Shown here piece after piece: positions 39,662 through 49,636 of a DNA stretch of 64,000 bases (position 1 is the first letter of the stretch; the number at the start of each line of letters is the position of its first letter). The notes beneath the pieces were generated by a model. It made no database searches. It saw only the letters and a program-made list of their open reading frames with translations, and was not told the DNA's origin. The position numbers were made by a program, and so were the translations under genes. Where the stretch lies: contig JBIPSI010000002.1 in the NCBI GenBank assembly GCA_044070495.1, positions 1 to 64,000 of the forward strand. The letters are read 5' to 3'. Origin of the DNA: Spirulina sp. (lineage in GTDB: Bacteria; Cyanobacteriota; Cyanobacteriia; Phormidesmidales; Phormidesmidaceae).

Positions 39662-40942
39662 TTAAGAAGCCCGTTCGGCGGTGAGCCAATCGATGAACTG
39701 GCGGGCGGTGCGTCCGGATCGTCCGTTGTGGCGGGTGGCCCACTGAAGCGCCTTAGCCGTGAGGTCCTCTGGCTCGATGGCAAGCTGGGCCTGTTTGGCG
39801 AGGTGGTGGACAATGGCCAGATAGGTGGGTTGGTCGGCGGGTTCAAAGGTGAGGGTGAGGCCAAAGCGATCACTAAAGGACAGCTTTTCCTGCACCGTAT
39901 CCCAAGACTGCACCTCGTCTTGGTCGCTGGGGCGGGGGCGATCACTAAAGTATTCCCGCACCAAGTGGCGGCGGTTGGAGGTGGCATAGACCACCACATT
40001 TTGGGGTCGTGCCGTAACGCTGCCCTCCAGCACCACTTTTAGAGATTTAAAGGCGTCATCGTCCTCCTCAAAGGACAAGTCATCCACAAAAATAATGAAT
40101 TTCTGGGGGGCAGTGCGCAGCCGATCCACAATCCGGGGCAGGGCTTGCAGGGCGGGCTTGGGCACTTCTACCAGCCGCAATCCCTGGGGGCCATACTCGT
40201 TGACTAGGGCCTTCACCAAGGAGGATTTTCCCGACCCCCGACTACCGTAGAGCAGCACATTCAGGGCGGGATAGCCCCGCAGTAGTGCCAGAGTGTTCTG
40301 GATTAACTGCTGGCGAGGATAGTCGTAGGCGGCGAGGGTGTCTAGGCGCACGGGGTCGGGGTGGGAGACGCCCTGGAGGTCGTCTCCCTGCCAAGTAAAG
40401 ACCTGGTACTGGGCGAGGGATCCCACCCCCTGCCGTTGGTAGTGGGTGGCGAGGGCTTCCACCTGGTTTGGCCAGGGCTGGTTCAGATCAAAGGCGAAGG
40501 GTAGGGAATCGGGCACCGTGTCCCACGCCACCGGGGGAACCTCTAGGCCACCCACCACCTGCACCCATTCCGCCATTTGGTAACTGGTTAAAGCATTTAG
40601 GCTTTGCAGCAGGGCCAAATCGTGGCGGGCGGCCTGGGCGAGGGCGGCGGGAATGCCCTCTAGCCCCCGGTGCTGCACCTGCTGGGTGAAGGGATTATCG
40701 GCATAGACCATGCGCCGTTGCAGGTAGCTCGACCAGGTTTCCTGGGCCGTTGCTAGGGCCTGAAACCAACGGCCATAGGCCCGCAAACTCTCCACGGTAG
40801 ACTGGCTGGCCACCGCCTCTAGCAGACTCACAAAGGATTGCCCCACCTCATCCTGCAAACTGTCGCCGTAGATCAGCAGGGTGGCGAGGGCTTGGCGATA
40901 GCTCTGAATTTCCGCCACGATGGTGGTTGGAAACTGGGTCAT
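39662..40942 (-). CDS. DUF815-family AAA+ ATPase
   Basis: NVLLYGSRGSGKSS, FVDDLSF, YATSNRRHL, SDRFGL, RSGRTARQF. Confidence 0.88.
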   Translation of the reverse strand: MTQFPTTIVAEIQSYRQALATLLIYGDSLQDEVGQSFVSLLEAVASQSTVESLRAYGRWFQALATAQETWSSYLQRRMVYADNPFTQQVQHRGLEGIPAALAQAARHDLALLQSLNALTSYQMAEWVQVVGGLEVPPVAWDTVPDSLPFAFDLNQPWPNQVEALATHYQRQGVGSLAQYQVFTWQGDDLQGVSHPDPVRLDTLAAYDYPRQQLIQNTLALLRGYPALNVLLYGSRGSGKSSLVKALVNEYGPQGLRLVEVPKPALQALPRIVDRLRTAPQKFIIFVDDLSFEEDDDAFKSLKVVLEGSVTARPQNVVVYATSNRRHLVREYFSDRPRPSDQDEVQSWDTVQEKLSFSDRFGLTLTFEPADQPTYLAIVHHLAKQAQLAIEPEDLTAKALQWATRHNGRSGRTARQFIDWLTAERAS

Positions 40943-41058
40943 AGGTATCCTTGAAATGCTCTCCACAGGGTATCACCATGGTCGAGGGTAAGCCGCTAGC
41001 GCCGCCTTGGACAGAGCCGATTTCCCTGATTTTTACAACCCAAGGGCACACAACGATT

Positions 41059-42030
41059 ATGTCCACCGCCGATATCCAAGCCTTTCTGAACGACCTCCAT
41101 GCCGAACTCCAGCCCCTGCGCCAAGGGCGGCTGGCCTGCTACATTCCAGAACTGGCCAAGGCCAACCCCGACTGGTTTGGTATTAGCGTGGTAACGCTGG
41201 ATGGGCGCAGCTTCGATGTGGGGGATGTGCAGCAAACCTTCACCATTCAGTCCATCTCTAAGGTGTTTGTCTACGGCATGGCCCTAGAGGATTATGGCCG
41301 CGAAAAACTGCTCAAAAAAGTGGGTGTAGAACCCACGGGCGACCCCTTTAATTCGCTGATTCGCCTAGATGAAGACTCGAAGCGACCCGACAACCCCATG
41401 GTGAATGCAGGGGCCATTGCCACCACCAGCCTGATCACCGGGCAAGACCCCGCCGACCGCCTCAACCGCCTGCTGGCTATGTTTCAGCGCTACGTGGGCC
41501 GTGAGGTATTTATCGATATGTCCACGTTTCTATCCGAAAAGGCGACAGGCCACCGCAACCGCGCCATGGCCCACCTAATGCTCAATTTCGGCCTGATCGA
41601 CGAACCCCTCGATGACGCTCTGGATCTTTATTTTCAGCAGTGTTCTGTGCTGGTAAACACCCACGATTTGGCCGTCATGGCCACCACCCTGGCCAACCGA
41701 GGCGTCAACCCCATCACCGGAGAGCAGGCCGTGGATGCGGCCCATGTCCGCGATATCCTCAGCGTTATGTATACCTGCGGCATGTACAACTTCGCCGGAG
41801 AATGGGCCTTTCGAGTGGGAATTCCAGCCAAAAGCGGCGTTTCTGGCGGCATTCTGGCCGTCGTGCCCAACCAGGCGGGCATTGCCGTCTTCTCGCCGCC
41901 CCTCGATAGCCACGGCAACAGTGTGCGGGGGCTAAAGGTGTTTGAGGCCCTCTCCCAGGAGTACGGGTTCCACCTGTTTGACCTGTCTCTGGGCCGATGC
42001 CGCTTCACCGCAGCCCTGGGCAACGGGTGA
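41059..42030 (+). CDS. glsA: Glutaminase A
   Basis: [47 protein letters not shown]. Confidence 0.95.
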   Translation: MSTADIQAFLNDLHAELQPLRQGRLACYIPELAKANPDWFGISVVTLDGRSFDVGDVQQTFTIQSISKVFVYGMALEDYGREKLLKKVGVEPTGDPFNSLIRLDEDSKRPDNPMVNAGAIATTSLITGQDPADRLNRLLAMFQRYVGREVFIDMSTFLSEKATGHRNRAMAHLMLNFGLIDEPLDDALDLYFQQCSVLVNTHDLAVMATTLANRGVNPITGEQAVDAAHVRDILSVMYTCGMYNFAGEWAFRVGIPAKSGVSGGILAVVPNQAGIAVFSPPLDSHGNSVRGLKVFEALSQEYGFHLFDLSLGRCRFTAALGNG

Positions 42031-42112
42031 GGAACTATCTTGGACGAGTGCCAATTGGCGGCGGCGGCGCTATCATGGGCAGACTGTAGGCGACGTTCTC
42101 CCCCCAGCCCCC

Positions 42113-42628
42113 ATGAAAGGATTTTTGATCGGCCTGTCGAAATTGATCTTGGGCATCACCATTGCCCTGGCCCTGTTGTCCATGGCTGGGGTGGCGACGG
42201 CCCGTTACTTCATGGCTCGTTTGGCGGTGCTGCCTCCCAAACCGCTCTACGGCCAGGAATTGCCCGCTGCTCCTGTACCGGAAGCCGCCGCTCCCGCCGC
42301 TGACCCCGCTGCGCCACCCCCTGCGGCCCCTGCCCCCGCTGCCGCCCCTCCCGCTGCCGAGGCCCCTGCACCGGAGACTCCCACTCCACCGGAAGCCGCC
42401 GCCGCAGAACTACCCCCCGGCAGCTACCCAGCGGTGGTGACGCAACCCATCGGGTTGATTATCCGTTCTGGCCCCGGCACCGAGCATGGCCAAGTGGGCG
42501 GTGTAGACTACAACGCTGAATTAATCGTGCTAGAAGAACCCGCCGACCAGGGCTGGATTAAGGTGCGGGTCGCCAGCACCGGAGCCGAGGGCTGGGTGAA
42601 GGCGGGCAACACCCGCCGTCAGGAATAG
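42113..42628 (+). CDS. Membrane-anchored bacterial SH3 domain protein
   Basis: N-terminal TM, Pro/Ala linker, GLIIRSGPG..WIKVR..EGWVK. Confidence 0.8.
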   Translation: MKGFLIGLSKLILGITIALALLSMAGVATARYFMARLAVLPPKPLYGQELPAAPVPEAAAPAADPAAPPPAAPAPAAAPPAAEAPAPETPTPPEAAAAELPPGSYPAVVTQPIGLIIRSGPGTEHGQVGGVDYNAELIVLEEPADQGWIKVRVASTGAEGWVKAGNTRRQE

Positions 42629-43827
42629 GCTTCGACGCAGCGGGCAAACATTTCAACCCCAAGGCTGAGGGCGGTTTCATCGAAATCGAAGCGGGGGTGA
42701 TGGTGGGGGTAGGCGAGGGCCTGATCCACATTGGCCGAACCCAGGAAAAAGTAGCATCCCGGCACTTCTTGCAGGAAAAAGGCCATGTCTTCGCCGCCCA
42801 TGGTGTGGCAATCGGGCACCACCCCCGCCGGAGTTTCCACCACCGCCAAGGCCACCGACCGCACCAGTTCGGCCATGGCGGCATCGTTTACCACGGGTGG
42901 GTAGAGGGCTTGGTAGTCGAGCTGATAGGTTGCGCCCTGGCTTTGGCAAATGCCCGCCACGATTTGTTCGATGCGAGGGGCAAAGTAATCGGCATAGCGG
43001 GGGTCGAAGTAGCGCACGGTGCCCGCCAGTTCGGCCATGTCGGCAATCACGTTGGGGGCATGGCCGCTGTGGAACTTGCCGATGCTCACCACCGCCGACT
43101 GGATGGGATCAATATTGCGAGCCACAATGGTTTGGAGAGCATTCACAAGCTGGGCACCCACCACGATGGAATCCACGGTTTGGTGGGGCAGCGCCCCGTG
43201 GCCACCCTTGCCCTGCACCGTGATTTTGAAGAGTTCCGTCGCCGCCATCAGCGGGCCGTTGCGTACCCCCACCGTGCCTAGGGGCAGGTTATTCCACAGG
43301 TGTAGGCCGATGATGGCCTCTACGTCGGGGTTCTTCAGCGCCCCCGCCTCAATCATCGGTTTTGCCCCCCCTGGGCCTTCCTCGGCAGGCTGAAAAATTA
43401 CCTTCACCGTGCCCCGCCACTGGTCTCGGTGTTGGGACAGGTAGCGCACCGTGCCTAGGGCAATGGCCACATGGCCATCGTGGCCACAGGCGTGCATCAC
43501 CCCATCGTGCTGCGAGCGGTAGGGCACTTGATTTTCTTCGTGGATGGGCAGGGCGTCCATGTCGGCCCGAATGCCCAGCACAGGCCCCGGCTGTCCGCTT
43601 TCAATCACCGCGACGATTCCCGTTTTGGCGATACCCGTCTGGTGAGGAATACCCCAATCGGTGAGCTGTTGCTGAATGAACGCCGCCGTCAGATTCTCGC
43701 GAAAACCAAGCTCTGGGCGTTGATGCAGGTGTCGTCGCCAAGCCACCAGGTCTGGGCGCAGGGCTTGGATGGCGGGTCGAATTTTGTCAGCATGGATCAG
43801 CCGGGGCGGCAGGGTCGTCGCAAACAT
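42619..43827 (-). CDS. M20D amidohydrolase (N-acyl-amino acid amidohydrolase-like)
   Basis: RRHLHQRPEL, RADMDALP, MHACGHDGH, FQPAEEG, GGEDM, HHHPRF. Confidence 0.92.
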   Translation of the reverse strand: MFATTLPPRLIHADKIRPAIQALRPDLVAWRRHLHQRPELGFRENLTAAFIQQQLTDWGIPHQTGIAKTGIVAVIESGQPGPVLGIRADMDALPIHEENQVPYRSQHDGVMHACGHDGHVAIALGTVRYLSQHRDQWRGTVKVIFQPAEEGPGGAKPMIEAGALKNPDVEAIIGLHLWNNLPLGTVGVRNGPLMAATELFKITVQGKGGHGALPHQTVDSIVVGAQLVNALQTIVARNIDPIQSAVVSIGKFHSGHAPNVIADMAELAGTVRYFDPRYADYFAPRIEQIVAGICQSQGATYQLDYQALYPPVVNDAAMAELVRSVALAVVETPAGVVPDCHTMGGEDMAFFLQEVPGCYFFLGSANVDQALAYPHHHPRFDFDETALSLGVEMFARCVEAYS

Positions 43828-44306
43828 AGGAGATTTTGTAGGACTAGATTAGGAAACTTGTAATCCTTGAGAATCAAGAATTGGCAACAAGATCAAGAAA
43901 TGGCAACGTTCTTGGTTCTAGAGGTTCGGCAACCCCAAAGATGCAAAAATCCTGAACGTCAGCGAATCTAGAAACCGCTGCAAGGCCAACATCATGATCT
44001 GGGTGAAGACCATAGGGAGCGATGGGCCACTAGGGTGATTATACCGGATTACTCCAAGGTCGGCCTGAGCCTTGAGTGACCATGGGGCGGTGCTTCATCA
44101 GGGTCTCCTTCACCCTAGGAGGGCAGGTCGAGCCTTACCCTGGGCCGTCTCCCCAGACGCTAAACATCCTGACGGTTAGGGCTTATCCTGGAATGTATAC
44201 AATGGATTTGGCACGCCCAAGTACGGCTAGTCCGTGGGATTTGGTGTGCCCAAGTGCGGCCAGTGCGTTCCTCAACTCGGATAGATCACGGTTAGGAGAG
44301 TCTCAG

Positions 44307-45470
44307 ATGTACAAGTTGAAAGTGGTAATTGTGGGGGCCGGAATCGGCGGATTAACCACGGGGATTGCCATGAAGCAGGCGGGCTACCAGGTCGAGGTGT
44401 ACGACCGGGTGACGGAACTCCGTCCGGCGGGGGCTGGGATTTCCCTGTGGTCGAACGGGGTGAAGGTGCTGAACCGCCTGGGGCTAGGGGAAAAACTGGC
44501 GGCCATCGGCGGCGAAATGAACGCCATGGAATACCGCAGCCACACCGACGAACAACTGAGCTATGTCGATCTGCATCCCCTCTTCGAGCAGGTGGGACAA
44601 CGGCCCTATCCCGTCGCTAGAGCCGACCTACAGACCATGCTGCTAGAGGAATTTGGCCCCGAAAACGTCCATCTGGGGATGCCCTGTGTGGCGGTGGAGC
44701 AGGATGAGCAGTCGGCCACCGCTATCTTTGAAAACGGCCATCGGGCCACGGGGGATCTGGTAATTGGGGCCGATGGCGTCCATTCCGCCGTGCGAGCCCA
44801 CGTGCTGGGGCGGTCGGTGTCGCGTCGCTATGCCCGCTACGTCAACTGGAATGGCCTAGTCGCCGTCGATGAGTCTCTCTGCGCCAAGGATCGCTGGGTG
44901 ATCTACGTGGGCGAGAGCAAACGCGCCTCCATGATGCCCGTGGGCGGGGATCGTTTCTATTTCTTCTTCGGTGCACCCATGGTCGAAGGAACCCAGGTAG
45001 ACCCGGCCCATCGCCGCGATGAGCTAGCGGACATCTTCCAGGGCTGGCCCACCGCCGTGCAGCGCCTGATCGAAGCCATCGACCCCCACAGCACCAACCG
45101 CCTGGAAATTGGCGATATTGACCCCCTAGAGCGTCTGGTGCGAGGCCGCATTGCCCTGCTGGGAGACTCGGCCCACGCCACCACCCCCACCCTAGGCCAG
45201 GGCGGCTGCCAAGCCATTGAAGGGGCGGAGGTACTGACCCGCTATCTGCTCACCACCACCATCAGCGTGCCCGATGCCCTCAACCGCTACGAAAAGGCCC
45301 GTAAAGATCGCACCGCTGAACTCGTCCTCAAAGCCCGCAAGCGTAGCAGTGTGATCTACGGCCACGAACCCTCCGCCACCCAGCAGTGGTACCGCGACCT
45401 CAAGCAAGAACCCCCCGAATCCGTGATTAACGCCCTGGCGAAGGTGATTCTAACTGGGCCAATGGGCTAG
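44307..45470 (+). CDS. hpxO: FAD-dependent urate hydroxylase HpxO-like monooxygenase
   Basis: GAGIGGL, ISLWSNGVK, RPYPVAR, YVNWNGLV, GDSAHATTP.LGQGGC; GGAG RBS before ATG 44307. Confidence 0.8.
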   Translation: MYKLKVVIVGAGIGGLTTGIAMKQAGYQVEVYDRVTELRPAGAGISLWSNGVKVLNRLGLGEKLAAIGGEMNAMEYRSHTDEQLSYVDLHPLFEQVGQRPYPVARADLQTMLLEEFGPENVHLGMPCVAVEQDEQSATAIFENGHRATGDLVIGADGVHSAVRAHVLGRSVSRRYARYVNWNGLVAVDESLCAKDRWVIYVGESKRASMMPVGGDRFYFFFGAPMVEGTQVDPAHRRDELADIFQGWPTAVQRLIEAIDPHSTNRLEIGDIDPLERLVRGRIALLGDSAHATTPTLGQGGCQAIEGAEVLTRYLLTTTISVPDALNRYEKARKDRTAELVLKARKRSSVIYGHEPSATQQWYRDLKQEPPESVINALAKVILTGPMG

Positions 45471-45487
45471 GGATCACCGGATCCGCA

Positions 45488-45557
45488 GGCGAGGAGACCT
45501 TGTGTCTACGGGTTGGGTTGTTGCTGATATGAACGGGCGAGGAGACCTCGCCCCTAC
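45488..45557 (-). repeat. Two GTAG-type REP-like copies
   Basis: GGGCGAGGAGACCTCGCCCCTAC plus a degenerate copy, between convergent hpxO and mrpF. Confidence 0.6.
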
Positions 45558-45614
45558 GGGTTGTCGGGTGGGGAATTGGGGTTTTCTAATACGGTTTTGC
45601 TATGGGCTATCGTA

Positions 45615-45890
45615 TTAGCTATTCATCACAGTACTCAGGCGTTTGAGAACTTGGGCTAACAACATCAGAGCCGCATTGCCGACGCTGAGAATTAAAATTC
45701 CCACCACGCCGATCATCCAGTCATCGCGCAACACCGAAATCACTAGGATCATCACCGAAGTCTTGGTGGCAATGCTGGCAAAGGCCAACATTCGCTGCCA
45801 AATGTCTTCATCGCGAAAGGCTTCCACCATGGGGATCAATAGCGCCCCAATCATGGCGATCAGCATGAGGGTCATCGGTTGACTGGTCAT
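45615..45890 (-). CDS. mrpF: Mrp Na+/H+ antiporter subunit F-like
   Basis: 3-TM small protein downstream of and overlapping mrpE. Confidence 0.65.
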   Translation of the reverse strand: MTSQPMTLMLIAMIGALLIPMVEAFRDEDIWQRMLAFASIATKTSVMILVISVLRDDWMIGVVGILILSVGNAALMLLAQVLKRLSTVMNS

Positions 45891-46276
45891 GGGCTGGGCC
45901 TCCGGGTAATACGGTGAACTTCGTACCAGCCCTGCTCTCGGTAGTGCTGGACGATGGTTTTTGGGGTGAAGGTAATCAGAAAAATATCGAGGAAAATTAG
46001 GCTGGGGGATCGCCGAGGTTTGGCCCGTTCCACGGTCACCACTTCATGATTGTGGGGGCGAAACATGATTTCAAAGGCTTCAAAATAGGCTTGGGGAATG
46101 GCCACCACCACTTCCCACAGCGTCCGCAGCCAGTCTTTTAAACGCCCCGGATTGGTGACGCCCCTAGGCAACAGTAGGGCTACGCTCACCCCAATTAAAA
46201 TGTTAGGCCAACTGAAATCTGCTGTCAGCAAAAACCAGATGGTCAAACGCAGCAGAATGTTTAAATATCCCGTCAT
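45887..46276 (-). CDS. mrpE: Mrp Na+/H+ antiporter subunit E
   Basis: IWFLLT..S..NILIG, ITFTPKT motif. Confidence 0.8.
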   Translation of the reverse strand: MTGYLNILLRLTIWFLLTADFSWPNILIGVSVALLLPRGVTNPGRLKDWLRTLWEVVVAIPQAYFEAFEIMFRPHNHEVVTVERAKPRRSPSLIFLDIFLITFTPKTIVQHYREQGWYEVHRITRRPSP

Positions 46277-47706
46277 ACCAATACCATCCCTAATAGTCCT
46301 AAAATTGCTAGCGCCATCATGCCAATCAGATGCTCAAATTCCTCCAGCATACGGGGTAGTTTCACGGTCAATCGACGGATGAGAACCAGGTAGATTAACC
46401 ATCCCAAAAAAATTGTGGCTAGGGGTTTAAGGACGTTATCCCAAGTATAGGCTTCGTAGTACACCACGTTAGCCGCTACTAGCCCACCCAGCAACAGAAC
46501 CATCGCTGGCCAAAAACCAGATTTCACCGCTTGGCTGGGGTCAGCTTTTTGGGGTAAGAAGATGAATTTTGCAAAGGAAATAGATGTGCCTAGGGCCGCT
46601 AGATTCATGGCGATCACCTGCCAGTCTGCCAGGTTTTTCATGGTTAGCACCTTGGCCCCAAACCCTGACAATAACGGGAATCCAGAGATGGAGAAACTGG
46701 CGATCACCAGGGCAATCCAAATGGGGCGGTGAATGGGCTGATCGTGCAGGGCTTTGAAATTTCGGTTGGGCAAATTCCCAGCGCAGAGAAACAGCGCCGC
46801 CTTCACAAAACCGTGGGTGAGAGCATAGAAGCCACCCACCTCTGGAGCCGCCAACACAAACCCCATCTGGGAAATGGTGTGGAAGGCGAGCATTCGTTTG
46901 GTGTCTTTTTCAAACATGGCATAGGCTACCCCTAAAAGGGCCGTAGCCACCCCAAACAGGCGCACCAGCGGGTCAAGTTCCCCTACTAGTAAGGCCATGC
47001 GGGCTAGGGGAAAAACCCCTGCTTTGACCACCACCCCAGACAGCAGCGCCGAAACCGGACTTTCCGATTCGGAATGGGTGAGCGGTAGCCATAGACCCGA
47101 CACAAAAATACCGCCCTTGGTGAGCAGTCCTAATAGAATCAACGCCTGGGCTTCGATGGGAGCATCTGCCAACCCAGTAAACGTAAAGGACTGGCGGGTT
47201 TGGTAGACCAAAATGGCCCCCACCAGGTAAAACAGCATGGCCGTGTTGCTAACAAATAGATAGCGCAGAGCGACCCATAGGGTTTTGTCGCTGCGGGGGT
47301 AGGCAATCAGCAAAAAGGCAGCAACGCCAATCACCTCTAGAGCCACATAGAGACTAATTAAATCAGCACAGATAAAAGCCGCATTAACACTACCGTGCAA
47401 AATGATGGTCTGAGTGTAGAAAAACGATGGCTTCCCGCTGGGCCAACAGTAGAGAATTACTGCCGCCGTTACGAGGGCATTAGTCAAAATAAAAAAGGCG
47501 CTGAGGTCATCCACTAAAAGCGTGACACCAAAGCTATCGAGTAAATGGAGTTCGAGGGGGAAGGATTGAAGAAAAATCCCCCCGGCATAGGCGAGGGAAA
47601 CCAGGGTGACGCCAAAGGCCAAAAATCGGGCAGCCTGGGGCAATAGATAAATGCTAAAGCCGATAAAAAACGGCAGCGTGACCCACAGCAAGGAGCTTAG
47701 CGCCAT
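46273..47706 (-). CDS. mrpD: Mrp antiporter subunit D-like (copy 2)
   Basis: SLYVALEV, WLPLTH, PVSALLSGVVVK, KRMLAFHTISQ, LTHGFVKA. Confidence 0.85.
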   Translation of the reverse strand: MALSSLLWVTLPFFIGFSIYLLPQAARFLAFGVTLVSLAYAGGIFLQSFPLELHLLDSFGVTLLVDDLSAFFILTNALVTAAVILYCWPSGKPSFFYTQTIILHGSVNAAFICADLISLYVALEVIGVAAFLLIAYPRSDKTLWVALRYLFVSNTAMLFYLVGAILVYQTRQSFTFTGLADAPIEAQALILLGLLTKGGIFVSGLWLPLTHSESESPVSALLSGVVVKAGVFPLARMALLVGELDPLVRLFGVATALLGVAYAMFEKDTKRMLAFHTISQMGFVLAAPEVGGFYALTHGFVKAALFLCAGNLPNRNFKALHDQPIHRPIWIALVIASFSISGFPLLSGFGAKVLTMKNLADWQVIAMNLAALGTSISFAKFIFLPQKADPSQAVKSGFWPAMVLLLGGLVAANVVYYEAYTWDNVLKPLATIFLGWLIYLVLIRRLTVKLPRMLEEFEHLIGMMALAILGLLGMVLV

Positions 47707-47773
47707 GGCCTACCCCTCCCGGTCAATAAACCGATGCATGGATCTAGCCATGGACAGAAATTCGCAGTAGTTT

Positions 47774-49225
47774 TTACCACGACCATGACCAAACCATCCA
47801 AAATACGAAAACCAACATCACGCTCATGCCACCAATGAGATTTTCAAAGTTTTCCATCACCCTGGGGATTGTCAACGGCGTTGTTCGTATCCATTGCCCC
47901 CAGACTAGCCAGCCCGCACCAATTACCCCCAAGGCTTTGAGAACATTAAACCAGGTGAGTGTTTGCGGCAGGTAGGCCAAATTTAGGCCCACTAAAGCCG
48001 TCAGCAGCAGCAACAGTGACACCCCTAATCCAGGATTTTTGACGAAGGCCTGGAAGTCATGGCGACGGTGGGGGAGAAAGATAAATTTAGCGTAGAGAAT
48101 TGCGGTTCCCACGGCAGCGAGATTGAGTACCCAACTTTGCCAGGGCAAAACCGCCTTGAGCGTCAACATTTTGGTGCTAAAGCCAAGGAATAAGGGAAAC
48201 CCTGAAATCGAGAGACTAGCTAGGGTAATGGGGAGCCAAAGCTGAGTGTCGATGGGATTTTGGCGCAGGGTGGGCAGGTCGCGGCTGGGCAAGTTACCCA
48301 CTCCAAGGAAGAGGGCCGCTTTACCGAGGCCATGGGCCAAGGCGTAGGGGCCAGCCACACTGGGGGCGACTAACACCCAGCCCAACTGCGAGAGGGTGCT
48401 ACAGGCCAGAACGCGCTTGGTATCGCGGTCAAAGAGGGCATAAAGTACCCCCAGCAGAGCCGCAGCCATGCCAAATAATCTGACGAGGGGAAGTAACTCC
48501 TCCATCATCAAGGCACAGCGCACCAGGGGAAATACCCCCGCCTTGACGACCACCCCAGACAACAGGGCCGATACCGGGCTTTCCGATTCCGCGTGGGTGA
48601 GGGGGAGCCACAACCCCGACACAAAAATCCCCCCTTTGGCCAGCAGCCCCACCACAATTAAAACCAGCGCTTCAAGGGGAGCATTGAGCAGCCCAGAAAA
48701 GGCAAAGGACTGGTTGGATTGGTAGACCAAAATGGCTCCTACCAAGTAGAACAACATGGCCGTATTACTGATAAATAGGTAGCGCAGAGCCACCCATAGG
48801 GTGCGGTCTTGGCGAGGGTAGGCCACCAAAAGGAAGGCGGCAATTCCAATCACCTCCAGGGCCACGTATAGGCTAATGAAATCAGCACAGATAAAGGCCG
48901 AGTTGAGACTGCCGTGGAGAATGATGGCCTGGGTGTAGAAAAATGAGGTTTTTGGGGTGCGCCAACAGTAGAGAATGACCGCCGCCGTTACGAGGGTATT
49001 CGTCAGAATAAAAAAGGCGCTGAGATTGTCAATGAGAAGAATAACCCCAAAGCTATCCAACAGATTTAAATTAAGGGAAGCCGGATGCAGAAACACCCCT
49101 AGGGTGTAGGCCAAGGAGACCAGCGTTACCCCCAAGGCTAGGACGCGGTCAGCCTTGGGCAAGAGATAAATACTAAACCCAGCCAACAGGGGCAGGGTAA
49201 TCCAGATAACGGTAAATATTGTCAT
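47774..49225 (-). CDS. mrpD: Mrp antiporter subunit D-like (copy 1)
   Basis: Paralog of 46273-47706; SLYVALEV, WLPLTHAE, KRVLACSTLSQ. Confidence 0.85.
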   Translation of the reverse strand: MTIFTVIWITLPLLAGFSIYLLPKADRVLALGVTLVSLAYTLGVFLHPASLNLNLLDSFGVILLIDNLSAFFILTNTLVTAAVILYCWRTPKTSFFYTQAIILHGSLNSAFICADFISLYVALEVIGIAAFLLVAYPRQDRTLWVALRYLFISNTAMLFYLVGAILVYQSNQSFAFSGLLNAPLEALVLIVVGLLAKGGIFVSGLWLPLTHAESESPVSALLSGVVVKAGVFPLVRCALMMEELLPLVRLFGMAAALLGVLYALFDRDTKRVLACSTLSQLGWVLVAPSVAGPYALAHGLGKAALFLGVGNLPSRDLPTLRQNPIDTQLWLPITLASLSISGFPLFLGFSTKMLTLKAVLPWQSWVLNLAAVGTAILYAKFIFLPHRRHDFQAFVKNPGLGVSLLLLLTALVGLNLAYLPQTLTWFNVLKALGVIGAGWLVWGQWIRTTPLTIPRVMENFENLIGGMSVMLVFVFWMVWSWSW

Positions 49226-49578
49226 GGCTCATACCCCTTTTCGATGACGCGAGTTTCTAGGGTGGGGTTATCCCTGGCTAATTTCATCACCCCTACCAGC
49301 ATCAAGGCCTGAATCGAAAAGCCGATGACAATGGCCGTTAAAATTACCGCCTGGGGTACAGGGTCAGCATAGGAGGACTTAGGCGTTTCGGTGAGAATGG
49401 GGGTGTACACTCCGGTTCTAGCCGCCACCAGAACAAACAGCGCAACAACTCCAGTACTCATCACATCCATGGCGATAATTTTCATCACCAGATTTTCCTT
49501 GAAGATAATGCCCAAAAAGCCCATCAAAATCGTGGCATAGACGCAGGCATAAAGTATGGTATCTCCCCCTAGCTGCAT
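49222..49578 (-). CDS. mrpC: Mrp antiporter subunit C
   Basis: NLVMKIIA, DPVPQAVILTAIVIG. Confidence 0.9.
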   Translation of the reverse strand: MQLGGDTILYACVYATILMGFLGIIFKENLVMKIIAMDVMSTGVVALFVLVAARTGVYTPILTETPKSSYADPVPQAVILTAIVIGFSIQALMLVGVMKLARDNPTLETRVIEKGYEP

Positions 49579-49636
49579 TTTGGTTTAGCTCCCCTCAATT
49601 ACGGCGTTGATAACGTCTAGATTACGACTTAACCTT

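Noticed and set aside
43873..43908. Direct repeat ATCAAGAAWTGGCAAC x2
   Set aside because: Only two short copies with no assignable regulator; may be a chance duplication
44076..44306. N-terminal extension of hpxO
   Set aside because: Homology begins at MYKLKVVIVGAG, which has its own RBS; the region is more likely promoter/leader
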